From Fervidobacterium sp. (GTDB lineage: Bacteria > Thermotogota > Thermotogae > Thermotogales > Fervidobacteriaceae), in the NCBI GenBank assembly GCA_049970055.1, contig JBMFNR010000001.1:32001-96000 (forward strand): a stretch of 64,000 bases of DNA. The letters are read 5' to 3'. A model generated the notes under the pieces. The model made no database searches, was not told the origin of the DNA, and saw only the letters and a program-made list of their open reading frames with translations. How positions within the stretch are numbered: the first letter of the stretch is position 1; each line of letters begins with the position of its first letter. Made by a program: the position numbers and the translations under genes. Below, piece by piece: positions 10,871 through 22,043 of the stretch.

Positions 10871-12319
10871 TCATTTGCTTCTCAGAAGTTTGTCTAAAAT
10901 CTCATTTACAACTTTTGGATTAGCTTTACCTCTCGTTTCTTTCATGACCTGTCCAACGAAAAATCCGAAAAGTCCCTCTTTACCCTTTTTGAACGACTCA
11001 ACTTGTTGTGGGTTGCTTTCGATTACTCTTTTAGCGATCTCTTCGATTAAAGAATAGTCATCAACTTGTTTTAAACCTTTTTCATCAACTATTTGATTCG
11101 GCTTTTTTCCTGTCAAAGCTGCTTCGGTAAAAACTTCCTTAGCAATGTTTCTTGAAATGGTACCATTGTTGATTAGTTCAAATAACTCTACGAAACTTTC
11201 CGCATCAATTTGTACTTTATCCCTTCCATACTCCGAATAAAGTCTGAAAAGCTCAGTTAAAAACCAATTAGCACTTTCTTTCGGGGCATTTGTTCTGGAA
11301 GCAACTTCTTCAAAAAAGTCCGCTATTTCCTTATCTTCAACAATGATCCATGCTTCTTTTTCCGAAAGATTATAATCTTTGACAAACCTTTTTAACCTTT
11401 CATCAGGTAACTCAGGCAATGTTTGACTGATTTTTTCGATGTATTCCCTTTTCAAGATTATAGGTGGAATATCCGGTTCGGGGAAGTATCTATAATCATG
11501 AGCTTCTTCTTTGCTTCTCATACTAACAGTAGATTTTGTCGCTAAGTTCCATCCTCTAGTTTCTCTCTCGACTTCTTCACCTTTTTCCATCAATGAGACA
11601 ATTCTCTCATATTCAAATTCAAGGGCTTTCTCAACGAACTTGAAGGAATTCATATTCTTTACTTCAACTTTGTTGCTTTGTTTACCAGTTAGAGTATCGA
11701 TGACAGATATATTTGCATCGCATCTCATAGCACCTTTCTCCATATCACCACTGTTAACTCCTATATATCGCAGAAGCGTTCTCAATTTCTCCATGAAAAT
11801 CCTTGCCTCTTCTGGTGATTCAATATCCGGTTCTGTTACTATCTCTGCTAAAGGAATACCACAACGGTTCATATCAACTAAGGAATATTCGGCTTCTGTT
11901 ATACTGTCACCTGAGTGCAATAGTTTTCCAGCATCTTCCTCAAGATGTATCCTCCTGATTCTTATGTTTTTTCCATTGACTTCAAGGTATCCATTTTCCG
12001 CTAAAGGATGGAAAAACTGTGTTATCTGATATCCCTTTGGCAAATCTGGATAGAAATAGTTCTTCCGATCAAATCTTGTATATTCGTTAACTTTACAATT
12101 CAAGGCAATCGCAAGTTTGATTCCCAATTCGTACATTTCTTTGGAAGGTACTGGAAGAGCGCCCGGTTGTCCCGTGCAAACAGGGCATATGGAAGTATTT
12201 GGTTCCAGATCGAACACATCGGCACTACAATTACAAAATGCTTTTGTTTTGGTGTTCAGTTGAACATGTATTTCAAGACCTATCACGGGTTTATATCTAT
12301 TTTCAACAACGTTGCTCAT
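10871..12319 (-). CDS. gatB: Asp/Glu-tRNA amidotransferase subunit B
   Basis: [37 protein letters not shown]. Confidence 0.98.
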   Translation of the reverse strand: MSNVVENRYKPVIGLEIHVQLNTKTKAFCNCSADVFDLEPNTSICPVCTGQPGALPVPSKEMYELGIKLAIALNCKVNEYTRFDRKNYFYPDLPKGYQITQFFHPLAENGYLEVNGKNIRIRRIHLEEDAGKLLHSGDSITEAEYSLVDMNRCGIPLAEIVTEPDIESPEEARIFMEKLRTLLRYIGVNSGDMEKGAMRCDANISVIDTLTGKQSNKVEVKNMNSFKFVEKALEFEYERIVSLMEKGEEVERETRGWNLATKSTVSMRSKEEAHDYRYFPEPDIPPIILKREYIEKISQTLPELPDERLKRFVKDYNLSEKEAWIIVEDKEIADFFEEVASRTNAPKESANWFLTELFRLYSEYGRDKVQIDAESFVELFELINNGTISRNIAKEVFTEAALTGKKPNQIVDEKGLKQVDDYSLIEEIAKRVIESNPQQVESFKKGKEGLFGFFVGQVMKETRGKANPKVVNEILDKLLRSK

Positions 12320-13716
12320 TTGCGTGCACCTCCGGTTCTCTCAATCCAATCCGCAAACCCAAGTAGTTTAGCATCTGAAAACCTTGGCCCCATTATCTGG
12401 ATTCCTACCGGTAAGTTTTCAACCGTGCCAAACGGTATACTGATTGCTGGTATACCCGCCAAGTTTGCAGGTATGGTGAATATATCCATCATGTAATAAA
12501 CAATTGGATCACTCACAGAACCTATTTTAAAGGCAACAATAGGAGAAGTCGGGGTAACAATGAAGTCGTACTTTTCAAAAATCTTTGCAAGTTTGTTTGA
12601 TATGACTCTCCTAACTTTCTGAGCCTTTTCAAAGTATGCATCGTAGTACGCTGCACTGAGCGTGAACGTACCTATAAGTATTCTCCTTTTAACTTCCTCT
12701 CCAAAGCCATATCCTCTTGTTTTCTCGTAAAGATCGCGTAATGAATCAGAGGAAATTCGAAGTCCATACTTGACTCCATCAAACCTTGAAAGATTTGAAC
12801 TTACCTCTGATGGGGCAATGATATAATAGGTTGCAACAGAATATTTAATCTCTTCGATATCTACTATATCTACATCGTTGCCCATTTCTTTTAACAGGTT
12901 AATGAACTGGTTTATTTTTTCTTTTATTGCTTCATCCACACCTTCATTAAAAGATTGCTTTGCGACAGCTATTTTCATTCCGGACATTTTTTTACCTATA
13001 AATTGAGTGAAGTCTATCTTTCTATCAACCGTAGTAGGATCATTTTCGTCTTTACCAGCTATAATATTCATCAACAACGCACTATCTTCAACTGTTTTTG
13101 TAATGGGCCCAATTTGGTCAAGTGAAGAAGCGAATGCAACTAAACCATATCTCGATACGAGTCCGTAAGTAGGCTTGAATCCAACCACTCCGCAGAAAGC
13201 TGCTGGTTGTCTGATGGAACCTCCCGTGTCGCTACCAAGAGCGGCGATGACTTCACCTGAAGCTACAGCGGCAGCCGATCCTCCACTACTTCCGCCCGCC
13301 ACTCTCTCCAAATCGTGTGGGTTTCTTGTGGGGCCAAAGGCTGAATATTCGGTGCTTGCGCCCATGGCAAATTCATCAAGATTTGTTTTTCCAATAAAGG
13401 AAAAATTATTCCCCCGAAGCTTTTTCACAACAGTTGCATCGTACGGGGCAACGTAACCTTTCAAAATTTTTGAAGCACATGTCGTCTCTAATCCCTTAAC
13501 ATTGATGTTATCTTTAATTCCAATAGGAATTCCTTTTTGGACTTCAAAATTAACACTTATAAAAGCATTCAGTTGCTTGTCTTTTTCTTTTATCACTTCG
13601 CTTGCTATTTGATAAAGCTCTGTCGAATCTGGATGCGTTTTTACGTATTCAAGTGCTTCTTTCAATGTTATATTTAAATACTTTTCTTTGGATATGTATC
13701 TTTCTAGCCTTTCCAA
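12316..13716 (-). CDS. gatA: Asp/Glu-tRNA amidotransferase subunit A
   Basis: Amidase signature [23 protein letters not shown]; likely start TTG 13716 after SD GGAGGTG. Confidence 0.97.
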   Translation of the reverse strand: MERLERYISKEKYLNITLKEALEYVKTHPDSTELYQIASEVIKEKDKQLNAFISVNFEVQKGIPIGIKDNINVKGLETTCASKILKGYVAPYDATVVKKLRGNNFSFIGKTNLDEFAMGASTEYSAFGPTRNPHDLERVAGGSSGGSAAAVASGEVIAALGSDTGGSIRQPAAFCGVVGFKPTYGLVSRYGLVAFASSLDQIGPITKTVEDSALLMNIIAGKDENDPTTVDRKIDFTQFIGKKMSGMKIAVAKQSFNEGVDEAIKEKINQFINLLKEMGNDVDIVDIEEIKYSVATYYIIAPSEVSSNLSRFDGVKYGLRISSDSLRDLYEKTRGYGFGEEVKRRILIGTFTLSAAYYDAYFEKAQKVRRVISNKLAKIFEKYDFIVTPTSPIVAFKIGSVSDPIVYYMMDIFTIPANLAGIPAISIPFGTVENLPVGIQIMGPRFSDAKLLGFADWIERTGGARK

Positions 13717-13813
13717 TTTTAACACCTCCTCAACTCGAAATAAATTATACCACACACTTTGTAAAATTAACAATTTATGATAGAATATATCTTATGAACG
13801 GAGGTGACGGAAT

Positions 13814-14392
13814 GTGAGGTTTATTGAAAAAAGTACCAAATATTATTTTCACTATCCATTTCCCGTCGCTGTAATTGGAGCGATTTACAACGGCAAAACA
13901 AACTTTATGGCTGCTGCTTGGCATACACAATTGTCATTTGATCCCGCGTTATACGGTGTTGCAATATCGCCAAAAAGGTACACAAATGAGTTGATAGCGA
14001 AATCAGGAATGTTTTCTCTAAATTTTTTAAGATACGATGATTACAAAATTTCTGGATTTTTCGGCAGGACTTCTGGGCGTGATTTGGAAAAAGCAAAATT
14101 TTTTGGCATAAATTATACAAAAGGTAAAATTTTAGATGTTCCCGTTCTTGAGTGCGCTGTGTCTTGCTACGAGTGTAAAGTTGTTGAGAGCAAGGCATAC
14201 GGCGATCACATACTTTATGTTGGCGAGATTGTGGCGATTCACTACGATGAAGAATTTTACGAAACTGGATTATCAAAAAACTTGCTTTTGTACGCTGGAA
14301 ATGATATTTATACAACGCTGAGTAAAGAGCATATGGTAAAATTTGGGAAAGAAGAAGTATTGCAAGAAATCTATAAGAAAAAAGGGGAATGA
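13814..14392 (+). CDS. Flavin reductase-like protein
   Basis: P.PVAVI, NFMAAAW, GDHILYVGEIV. Confidence 0.85.
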   Translation: MRFIEKSTKYYFHYPFPVAVIGAIYNGKTNFMAAAWHTQLSFDPALYGVAISPKRYTNELIAKSGMFSLNFLRYDDYKISGFFGRTSGRDLEKAKFFGINYTKGKILDVPVLECAVSCYECKVVESKAYGDHILYVGEIVAIHYDEEFYETGLSKNLLLYAGNDIYTTLSKEHMVKFGKEEVLQEIYKKKGE

Positions 14393-14419
14393 ATGTGCAT
14401 TTAAATTGGAGGTGTGAAC

Positions 14420-15070
14420 ATGAGGATATTCTTAGACACAGCGAATATAGATGAGATAAGACAAGGGATCGAATGGGGTATCGTAGATGGTGTTACGACC
14501 AATCCAACGCTCATAGCAAAAGAAGGTGTTGATTTTGAAAAGCGTATAAAAGAAATTTGCCAACTTGTGCAGGGGCCTGTATCTGCTGAGGTTATTTCTC
14601 TAAATTGGGAAGAGATGGTCGAAGAAGCAAGGAAACTATCAAGCATTGATGAGCATGTTGTTGTAAAAATTCCTATGACACCAGATGGTATCAGGGCGGT
14701 CAAAGTATTGTCTGCCGAAGGAATAAAAACAAATGTTACCCTTGTTTTTAGTGCTAATCAAGCCTTGCTAGCTGCAAAAGCAGGTGCAACTTACGTAAGT
14801 CCTTTTATTGGCAGAATAGATGATAACGGCAACGATGGATTGAAATTACTTGAGGAAATCGTGCAAATCTATTCAAATTATGGTTTCGAAACGGAAGTAA
14901 TCGCTGCAAGTGTAAGACATCCGATGCACGTTGTAGAAGCAGCTATGATAGGGGTTGATATAGCTACTATACCATTTGATGTACTTAAAAAGATGTTCGT
15001 TCACCCACTTACAGATGTGGGAATAAAAAGATTTTTACAAGATTGGGAATCGTACAAAAAAGGCAAATAA
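14420..15070 (+). CDS. tal: Transaldolase (small FSA/Tal type)
   Basis: [30 protein letters not shown]. Confidence 0.92.
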   Translation: MRIFLDTANIDEIRQGIEWGIVDGVTTNPTLIAKEGVDFEKRIKEICQLVQGPVSAEVISLNWEEMVEEARKLSSIDEHVVVKIPMTPDGIRAVKVLSAEGIKTNVTLVFSANQALLAAKAGATYVSPFIGRIDDNGNDGLKLLEEIVQIYSNYGFETEVIAASVRHPMHVVEAAMIGVDIATIPFDVLKKMFVHPLTDVGIKRFLQDWESYKKGK

Positions 15071-15090
15071 AAACGTAAGGAGGTAAATAG

Positions 15091-16818
15091 ATGTACAGAA
15101 CACACACATGTGGTGAGTTGAAAGCAACGGATGAAGGAAAAGTTGTAACGCTTGCAGGCTGGGTTGACAGAATAAGGGACCTTGGTGGTGTGAAATTCAT
15201 CGTTTTAAGAGACAGATACGGTAAAACACAGATCGTTGTTAATCCGGATTCACCTGTATATCAATCTGTTAACGAAATATCGAGGGAAGACGTCATACAA
15301 ATAGTAGGAGCCGTTAGAAAAAGACCACCTGAAGCTGTGACACCTGAGCCAACAGGGGAAATTGAAGTTTTAGCGTCTGAACTGAAATTGTTATCTAAAT
15401 CTGCCTTACCACCTTTCTATCCTGGTGATGATGTCTCCGAAGAAATGAGGTTAAAATATCGATACCTCGATATACGCAACCCAAAGCTGATGAATAATCT
15501 CATTGTAAGGCACAAGCTTGCGTATGCAACGAGGGAATATCTTTCTTCCAAAGGATTTCTTGAAATAGAGACACCATACCTAACTAAGAGTACGCCAGAA
15601 GGTGCAAGGGACTTTCTTGTACCATCGCGGCTGAAAAAAGGAACGTTTTACGCGCTTCCGCAGAGCCCTCAACTTTTCAAACAAATTTTGATGATTTCTG
15701 GTATTGATAAATATTTTCAAATTGTGAGATGTTTTAGAGATGAGGATTTAAGAGCAGATAGGCAACCAGAGTTTACTCAGATCGACATTGAAATGTCATT
15801 TGTTGAGATGGAAGATGTAATGAGCCTCGCTGAAGATCTTATTCGGTACATTTACAAAGCGATAGGCATAGACCTACCAGAAAAGTTCGATAGAATAACT
15901 TACAAGGAAGCGATGGAAAAATATGGTTCGGATAAACCTGATAGACGTTATGGCATGGAAATGGTTGATTTAACAGAGTTCTTCGAAAAATCTGATTTCA
16001 AAGTTGTAAGAGACGTTCTGGACAAAGGTGGGGGTGTAAAGGGCTTTAAAGCAAGTATACCGATGAGTAGAAAGATAGCTGATGAATATTCTGATTTTGT
16101 TAAAGGATATGGGCTTGGAGGAGTGCTTTGGTTCAAAGTTGAGAATGGGCAAATTACATCCACAACCACAAAATACTTAGAAAATGAATATAAAGCCATA
16201 GCGCAAAAGTATGAACTAAGTGAAGGTGAAGTATTTATCTTAGCTGCGCATGAAAACAGAGAAAAATTGAACGAAACTCTTGGAGCTTTGCGCTTAAAAA
16301 TAGCCAAGAAATATGTTACGGTTAGCGGTTTTGATGCACTTTGGGTTATCGATTTTCCATTCTTAGAATGGAGCGAAGAAGAAAAACGTTTTGTAGCGAG
16401 GCACCATCCATTTACAATGCCTTACCTTGAAGACTTCGAAGGTGGTATTGAACTTTCGAAAGTTAGAGCTCATGCGTACGATATGGTAATCAACGGTTTT
16501 GAAGTTGGTGGGGGGAGTATAAGGATCCACAGAAAAGATGTACAGGAGAAAGTTTTTGATATCATTGGATTAACAAAAGAAGAAGCGGAGGAGAAGTTCG
16601 GATTCTTCCTTGAAGCACTCCAGTACGGAGTACCACCGCACGGAGGAATTGCATTCGGTCTTGATAGACTTGCAGCGATAGCTGTTGGGGTTGATAACAT
16701 TAGGGAAGTGATAGCCTTCCCAAAAACTTCGAGTGGTACATGCTTGCTTACCAACGCTCCATCGACAGTTACGCAGTTCCAACTTGACGAACTCGGCATT
16801 ATGATTAAACAATCTTAA
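15091..16818 (+). CDS. aspS: Aspartate--tRNA ligase
   Basis: [48 protein letters not shown]. Confidence 0.98.
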   Translation: MYRTHTCGELKATDEGKVVTLAGWVDRIRDLGGVKFIVLRDRYGKTQIVVNPDSPVYQSVNEISREDVIQIVGAVRKRPPEAVTPEPTGEIEVLASELKLLSKSALPPFYPGDDVSEEMRLKYRYLDIRNPKLMNNLIVRHKLAYATREYLSSKGFLEIETPYLTKSTPEGARDFLVPSRLKKGTFYALPQSPQLFKQILMISGIDKYFQIVRCFRDEDLRADRQPEFTQIDIEMSFVEMEDVMSLAEDLIRYIYKAIGIDLPEKFDRITYKEAMEKYGSDKPDRRYGMEMVDLTEFFEKSDFKVVRDVLDKGGGVKGFKASIPMSRKIADEYSDFVKGYGLGGVLWFKVENGQITSTTTKYLENEYKAIAQKYELSEGEVFILAAHENREKLNETLGALRLKIAKKYVTVSGFDALWVIDFPFLEWSEEEKRFVARHHPFTMPYLEDFEGGIELSKVRAHAYDMVINGFEVGGGSIRIHRKDVQEKVFDIIGLTKEEAEEKFGFFLEALQYGVPPHGGIAFGLDRLAAIAVGVDNIREVIAFPKTSSGTCLLTNAPSTVTQFQLDELGIMIKQS

Positions 16819-16873
16819 TTTATTCTACGTAATTATGCATTTATTCTATGTAAATCATTAGGAGGTGTCTTAT

Positions 16874-17203
16874 ATGGCTATCAAATTTGAGAAAAAAGAA
16901 TTACCAGGCAAACTTGTTGTTTCAATCCACGGCGAGATCGATGCGTATCATTCAGGGGAAGTGAAAAAATTCTTAAAAGATGCTATCGCTGAGACTAAAC
17001 TTTCTAAAATTGTTCTTGATATGTCTGAAGTTAATTACATTGATAGTGCAGGGCTTGGTAGTCTCGTAGCTCTTTATAAGGATGCAAGAATGTCAGAAAA
17101 GGAACTTATCCTTGCTTCACTTAAGCAAACAGTTATGAGAATTTTTGAGATGACAAGGTTGGATAGGGTGTTCAAGATCGTTCAAACTGTTGAGGAGGCG
17201 TGA
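16874..17203 (+). CDS. STAS-domain anti-sigma factor antagonist
   Basis: GEIDA, VNYIDSAGLG (phosphorylatable Ser). Confidence 0.9.
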   Translation: MAIKFEKKELPGKLVVSIHGEIDAYHSGEVKKFLKDAIAETKLSKIVLDMSEVNYIDSAGLGSLVALYKDARMSEKELILASLKQTVMRIFEMTRLDRVFKIVQTVEEA

Positions 17204-17207
17204 TATA

Positions 17208-17879
17208 TTGTTTTGTAAGGTGGCAATAGACGGACCCGCTGGTTCCGGCAAGACCACTATTGCAAAGTTAATTGCTCAAAGGCTTGGGATTGAGTACTTA
17301 GATACTGGAGCAATGTATCGTGCTGTTGGTCTTTATCTACATAACTGTGGTGCCGATCCCAAAGACGAAAGTATAGATAAAATACTGGACAATGTGAAAA
17401 TAGATTATGTGAATGGCGAGTACTTTCTAAACGGGGTTAAAGTGGGTGAAGAAATACGCACACCAGAAGCGGGAATGTACGCTTCCCAATTTGCTGCAAA
17501 TCCAAAAGTAAGGATGTTTTTGACAAAAGTACAAAAAGCAATATGTTCAAATAGAAGTATCATTGCCGAGGGTAGAGATATAGGAACAGTTGTGATGCCA
17601 GATGCTACAGTGAAGATATTTTTGATTGCGTCCGCTGAAGTTAGAGCACGAAGAAGATACAATGAATTAGTGGCTAAAGACATAAAAGTTAGTTACGATG
17701 AACTATATAAACAAATTTTAGAAAGAGATGAAAACGATTCAAAAAGAGATGTTGCACCCCTTGTAAAAGCACCGGATGCTATTGAAATAGATACTTCAAG
17801 TTTGACAATTGAAGAAGTGGTCGATAAAGTTCTAAATATAGTAAAGGAAAGGTGTAAGTTAAGTGAGCATCGATATTGA
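17208..17879 (+). CDS. cmk: Cytidylate kinase
   Basis: AIDGPAGSGKTT, LDTGAMYR, EGRDIGTVV; likely start TTG 17208 after GGAGG. Confidence 0.95.
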   Translation: MFCKVAIDGPAGSGKTTIAKLIAQRLGIEYLDTGAMYRAVGLYLHNCGADPKDESIDKILDNVKIDYVNGEYFLNGVKVGEEIRTPEAGMYASQFAANPKVRMFLTKVQKAICSNRSIIAEGRDIGTVVMPDATVKIFLIASAEVRARRRYNELVAKDIKVSYDELYKQILERDENDSKRDVAPLVKAPDAIEIDTSSLTIEEVVDKVLNIVKERCKLSEHRY

Positions 17880-20445
17880 AATCATTAAAGGCCCTTACGG
17901 TTTTTGTTTTGGCGTGGAAAACGCTGTGAAGAGTGTAACGGAACATTTAAAAAAAGGCGAGTTGTTATTTACTGATGGAGAATTAGTCCACAATAAAAAC
18001 GTTTTACAACAGCTTAAAACTCTTGGTTTAAAATACATCGAAAATGAGTTTGGAGATATTAAACAAGGTACCTTTGTTGTAAGAGCACATGGCTTGCCTC
18101 CGGAGAAATTGAGCAAAGCGGCAGAAAGGTTTAGAATTTTGAACTTAACTTGTCCTATAGTTGAAAGGCTTTTCGAACTTGGGAAGAATTTATCAAGTAG
18201 TGGATACAAAGTAGTTGTATTTGGGAAAAAAAACCATGCGGAGATGGTGGCCTTTTTAGGCTATGTGAGAGACGCTATAATTACACTTGAGCCGGTACAA
18301 CTATCCGATAAAATGATAGCAATTATAAGCCAAACGACAAGTCCAACAGAAGATTTTTTCGCTTTTGTGGAAAAGATGAAAAAAATCAACGAAGGCAAAG
18401 AGATAAGAGTTATAAACACGATTTGCAAAGTGACATCGGAGAGAGAGAATGCTGCTAAATTTTTTGGAAAAAACTGCGAACTTGTGATAGTTGTCGGTGG
18501 AAAACACAGTTCGAACACAAAAAAGCTGTTCCACATCTCTTCACAGCAGGGTAAATCAATTCATGTTGAGGATGTTAATGAGTTAAGAAACATAAACATC
18601 GAAGATTTTTTCAAAGGCAGTCAAAAAATCAGAATAGGTGTAATAAGTGGTACTTCAACTAGTTTAGAAGATGTTGAAAAAGTTGTAAAGTACCTTATTG
18701 AAAACTACGGTGGGAGGGAACGCTTTATGGACGATTTCAACCAAGTAAACAAAGTCTCTGAATTTTCTCAAGAAGAAGTACCAGCAGAAGAGTCGTTTGA
18801 AAAACTATTAGCAGAGTATGAAAGTGGGAGCCAGATAGTGGGGAGGGGAAGAGTTGTTGAAGGCATAGTAACTGAGATATCTCCAACAGGTTTAACAGTT
18901 GATCTTGGAAGCAAGCTTACAGGTGTTGTTCCTTTGGAAGAACTTTTCAAAGAACTTAATGAATATAGAGTTGGTGAGAAGATCACAGTTAGGGTTGAAA
19001 AAATTAACGAAGAGGATGGTACGGCGTTACTTTCCGCAAAAAAGCCGATGGAAAGGATTATACTTCAAGACATTCAAAGTGCGTATGAAAACCAGAGACC
19101 TGTGTATGGAAGAATCATCGAAAGGATAAAGGCAGGTTACAGAGTACTACTTGAAAATGTTGTTGAAGCGTTCTTACCAGGAAGCGAATCGAATATAAAA
19201 GAAGGCGAAGAATTTCTTAGGGAAAAGATGCAATTTGCAGTGATATCGTATGAAATGCGTGGTAGAAAGCCAAATATCGTCGTATCAAGAAAGAAACTCT
19301 TCCAAAAATTAGTGGATGATTTCTTCTCAAATAGAAAGCCTGGCGATGTTGTTGAAGGCATAGTCGAAGAGATAACTGATAAAGGGGCATACGTTAAAAT
19401 TGCGGGCGTAATAAATGGTTTTATACCCAACAGCGAGGTATCGTACAATTCAATGCAGAAGGCTAAAGATGTCCTTACAGTTGGTAAGGTGATGAAGTTC
19501 CTTATTAAGGATATAGCATTAGAAAAGAAAAGAGTTTTTCTCAGTTTGAAAGCGCTATTACCTGATCCGTGGGAAAAAGTCCAGAAAAAGTATCAGACCG
19601 GACAAGTGGTGACCGGTGTTGTTACGTCTGTGAAGCCTTTCGGATTCTACGTCAAGGTGGAAGACGGGATTGAAGGGTTTGTACCAATCGAGGAAGTTTT
19701 CTGGAAAAAGAAGGGAAACATAAGTGAAGTTGTGAGTGTTGGAGACCTTGTTAAGGTTCAGGTGCTTGATATCAATAACGAGAAAAAACTATTGAAGCTA
19801 AGTTATAAGAGCATAATTGGGGACCCATGGGAAAATATCGCAAAAAAACTTCCTGAGGGAAGTATAGCGGAAGGGAAAGTAATAAAGATACTTCCAAATG
19901 GTGCTATAATAGAGATCGAACCAGAAGTAACCGCATTTTGCAACATATCTGAAGTTTCATGGAATTTTGTGGACGACATAGAAGATGTTATAAAAGAACA
20001 AGATCAAGTAAAGTTCAAAATTCTCAGTGTAGATGTACCTAATAGAAAGATACGTGTAAGTATCAGAAAAGCTAAAGAAAATCCTTGGGAGATATTTGCT
20101 AAAAGACACAAAGAGGGAGATATTGTTAAAGCAAAAGTAATAAAAATCACGGAAAAAGGTTACATAGGTCTTTGTGAAGACATAGAAGTATACATTCCGA
20201 AATCGCAAGTTTACGAAAATTTAAGTATAAATGACGAAATAGATGGTAAAATTATAAAGTTGGAACCGCAAAAGGATATATATAAAGTTATCGTAAGCCA
20301 AAAAGCATACGAAAATTCCTTAGCAAATACTGAAAGCAATATAGAAAGCTTTGGCAGAGTTACCATGGAGGGAAAAGTAGATAATGTTGGCAAATCTGAT
20401 TCAGAAAAACAAAGTACCGACAGTGCTGATAGTGGGAAAGAGTAA
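17863..20445 (+). CDS. ispH/rpsA: IspH (HMBPP reductase) - ribosomal protein S1 fusion
   Basis: IspH motifs GFCFGV, LVHN, RAHG, TCP, TIC, SSNT, followed in frame by multiple S1 repeats (LSLKA...DPW). Confidence 0.93.
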   Translation: MSIDIEIIKGPYGFCFGVENAVKSVTEHLKKGELLFTDGELVHNKNVLQQLKTLGLKYIENEFGDIKQGTFVVRAHGLPPEKLSKAAERFRILNLTCPIVERLFELGKNLSSSGYKVVVFGKKNHAEMVAFLGYVRDAIITLEPVQLSDKMIAIISQTTSPTEDFFAFVEKMKKINEGKEIRVINTICKVTSERENAAKFFGKNCELVIVVGGKHSSNTKKLFHISSQQGKSIHVEDVNELRNINIEDFFKGSQKIRIGVISGTSTSLEDVEKVVKYLIENYGGRERFMDDFNQVNKVSEFSQEEVPAEESFEKLLAEYESGSQIVGRGRVVEGIVTEISPTGLTVDLGSKLTGVVPLEELFKELNEYRVGEKITVRVEKINEEDGTALLSAKKPMERIILQDIQSAYENQRPVYGRIIERIKAGYRVLLENVVEAFLPGSESNIKEGEEFLREKMQFAVISYEMRGRKPNIVVSRKKLFQKLVDDFFSNRKPGDVVEGIVEEITDKGAYVKIAGVINGFIPNSEVSYNSMQKAKDVLTVGKVMKFLIKDIALEKKRVFLSLKALLPDPWEKVQKKYQTGQVVTGVVTSVKPFGFYVKVEDGIEGFVPIEEVFWKKKGNISEVVSVGDLVKVQVLDINNEKKLLKLSYKSIIGDPWENIAKKLPEGSIAEGKVIKILPNGAIIEIEPEVTAFCNISEVSWNFVDDIEDVIKEQDQVKFKILSVDVPNRKIRVSIRKAKENPWEIFAKRHKEGDIVKAKVIKITEKGYIGLCEDIEVYIPKSQVYENLSINDEIDGKIIKLEPQKDIYKVIVSQKAYENSLANTESNIESFGRVTMEGKVDNVGKSDSEKQSTDSADSGKE

Positions 20446-21718
20446 TGTTGGCAAATCTACCTTGTTTAACAAACTTATCGGTAAAAGAAAATCCATCGTT
20501 GCAGACGAAAATGGTACAACAAGAGACGCGGTCATTGACCGCGTCATTTGGTTTGATAAATCGTTTCAGGTTGTCGATACGTGTGGGATATTCGAAGGAA
20601 AAGAGAATGAAATTTACGAAAAAAGTAGGGAAATAACCAATAAAGCTCTTTCCGAAGCGGATGTAGTGTTCTTTGTTGTCGATGGTAGGAATGGCTTATC
20701 TTCCGAAGATTTCACAATTGCCGAGCTACTTAGAAAATCTGGTGTCGATGCTGTATTGGTTGCAAACAAAGTTGAAAATGAAAAAATTTACGAAAAAAAC
20801 TTGCCGGAATTATTCTCACTAGGTTTCGGTGAGCCAATTCCCGTGTCGGCAGAGCAAAACAGAAATTTAGACTATCTAATTGAGTTAACAATTCAAAAGC
20901 TTGAAGCTAAAGGTTATGACTTGGAGAAGAGAATAGATGAAGGGAATGTGATAAGAGTTACGTTGGTTGGTCGACCAAATGTAGGTAAGTCTTCTCTTTT
21001 TAACATGATCGTGAATGAACAAAGAGCACTTGTAACACCTGTAGCCGGTACAACAAGGGATATAATTGATGAATTTGTTAAAATAAATAACAAAAACTAC
21101 CTTTTCGTAGATACTGCTGGTCTTAGGAAAAAAAGCAGAATAGATGATTTTATTGAACGTATAAGCACGATGAGAACGATCGACTCCATTGAAAGATCTG
21201 ATGTTGTTGTGCTTGTGATCGATGCGACAGAGGGGATAACAAGACAAGATCAGCGAGTTGCAGGTCTTGCCGAGAAGAATGGTAAAGCTACAGTTATTGT
21301 TTTCAATAAGTGGGATCTTGTAAAACATGCTGATAAAAGAATCAACAACTACTTAGATCAAGTAAGTGAAAAGCTTTACTTTATCGATTACAGTCCTGTT
21401 GTTTTTACAAGCACCGTTAGCAAAATTGGGTTCAGAGAACTTATAAACGCAATAAACAAATCATACGAATCTCTTCACAAGAAGGTCCCAACAAGTGCTG
21501 TTAATGCTGCAATACAAAGGATGATAGTTAAACCACCCCACGGTTTAAAATTGTACTATGGGCTACAAGTTGATACAAACCCACCAACATTTTTATTTTT
21601 TGTAAACAAGACTCAAGTACCGGAAAGTTTTCAAAACGCAATTAGAAGAACGATAAGAGAGCAAGTTGATCCATTTGTAGGTGCGCCAATATTCTTAAAG
21701 TTTAAGGAACGTGAGTAA
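20384..21718 (+). CDS. der: Ribosome biogenesis GTPase Der (EngA)
   Basis: Two G domains (GKSNVGKS, GRPNVGKS; DTCG/DTAG; NK) plus a KH-like C-terminus. Confidence 0.95.
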   Translation: MLANLIQKNKVPTVLIVGKSNVGKSTLFNKLIGKRKSIVADENGTTRDAVIDRVIWFDKSFQVVDTCGIFEGKENEIYEKSREITNKALSEADVVFFVVDGRNGLSSEDFTIAELLRKSGVDAVLVANKVENEKIYEKNLPELFSLGFGEPIPVSAEQNRNLDYLIELTIQKLEAKGYDLEKRIDEGNVIRVTLVGRPNVGKSSLFNMIVNEQRALVTPVAGTTRDIIDEFVKINNKNYLFVDTAGLRKKSRIDDFIERISTMRTIDSIERSDVVVLVIDATEGITRQDQRVAGLAEKNGKATVIVFNKWDLVKHADKRINNYLDQVSEKLYFIDYSPVVFTSTVSKIGFRELINAINKSYESLHKKVPTSAVNAAIQRMIVKPPHGLKLYYGLQVDTNPPTFLFFVNKTQVPESFQNAIRRTIREQVDPFVGAPIFLKFKERE

Positions 21719-22043
21719 AATTATGCCTGAAAGTTTATCTGATGATTTTTTAAATCAACTTGATGAATTACTCAAAGGAACAAAATGCCCAGAATGCTTG
21801 AAATGTGGCTGGTGTTGTAAACATACTGTATGTTACTACGGTGAATGGGACTATGAAAAAGGTCAGTGCAAGTTCCTTACAGACGATAATTTGTGTGCAA
21901 AATACGATGAAATAAACAGATTGGAAGGCGAAATGAAGTTGGAGATAAGATTATTCGGAAGCGGGTGTTGTTTAAATTATTCTAATCCTGAAAGATTGAA
22001 GAGGCGAAGGGAGTTAGAAAAAACTGATGATGAAGAGCCGTAA
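21711..22043 (+). CDS. Small CxxCxxCC cysteine-cluster protein (YkgJ-like)
   Basis: CLKCGWCC...CKFLTDDNLCAKY. Confidence 0.7.
   Translation: MSKIMPESLSDDFLNQLDELLKGTKCPECLKCGWCCKHTVCYYGEWDYEKGQCKFLTDDNLCAKYDEINRLEGEMKLEIRLFGSGCCLNYSNPERLKRRRELEKTDDEEP

Noticed and set aside
10871..13716. Missing gatC next to gatA-gatB
   Set aside because: gatC is often encoded elsewhere, and absence cannot be judged from one window.
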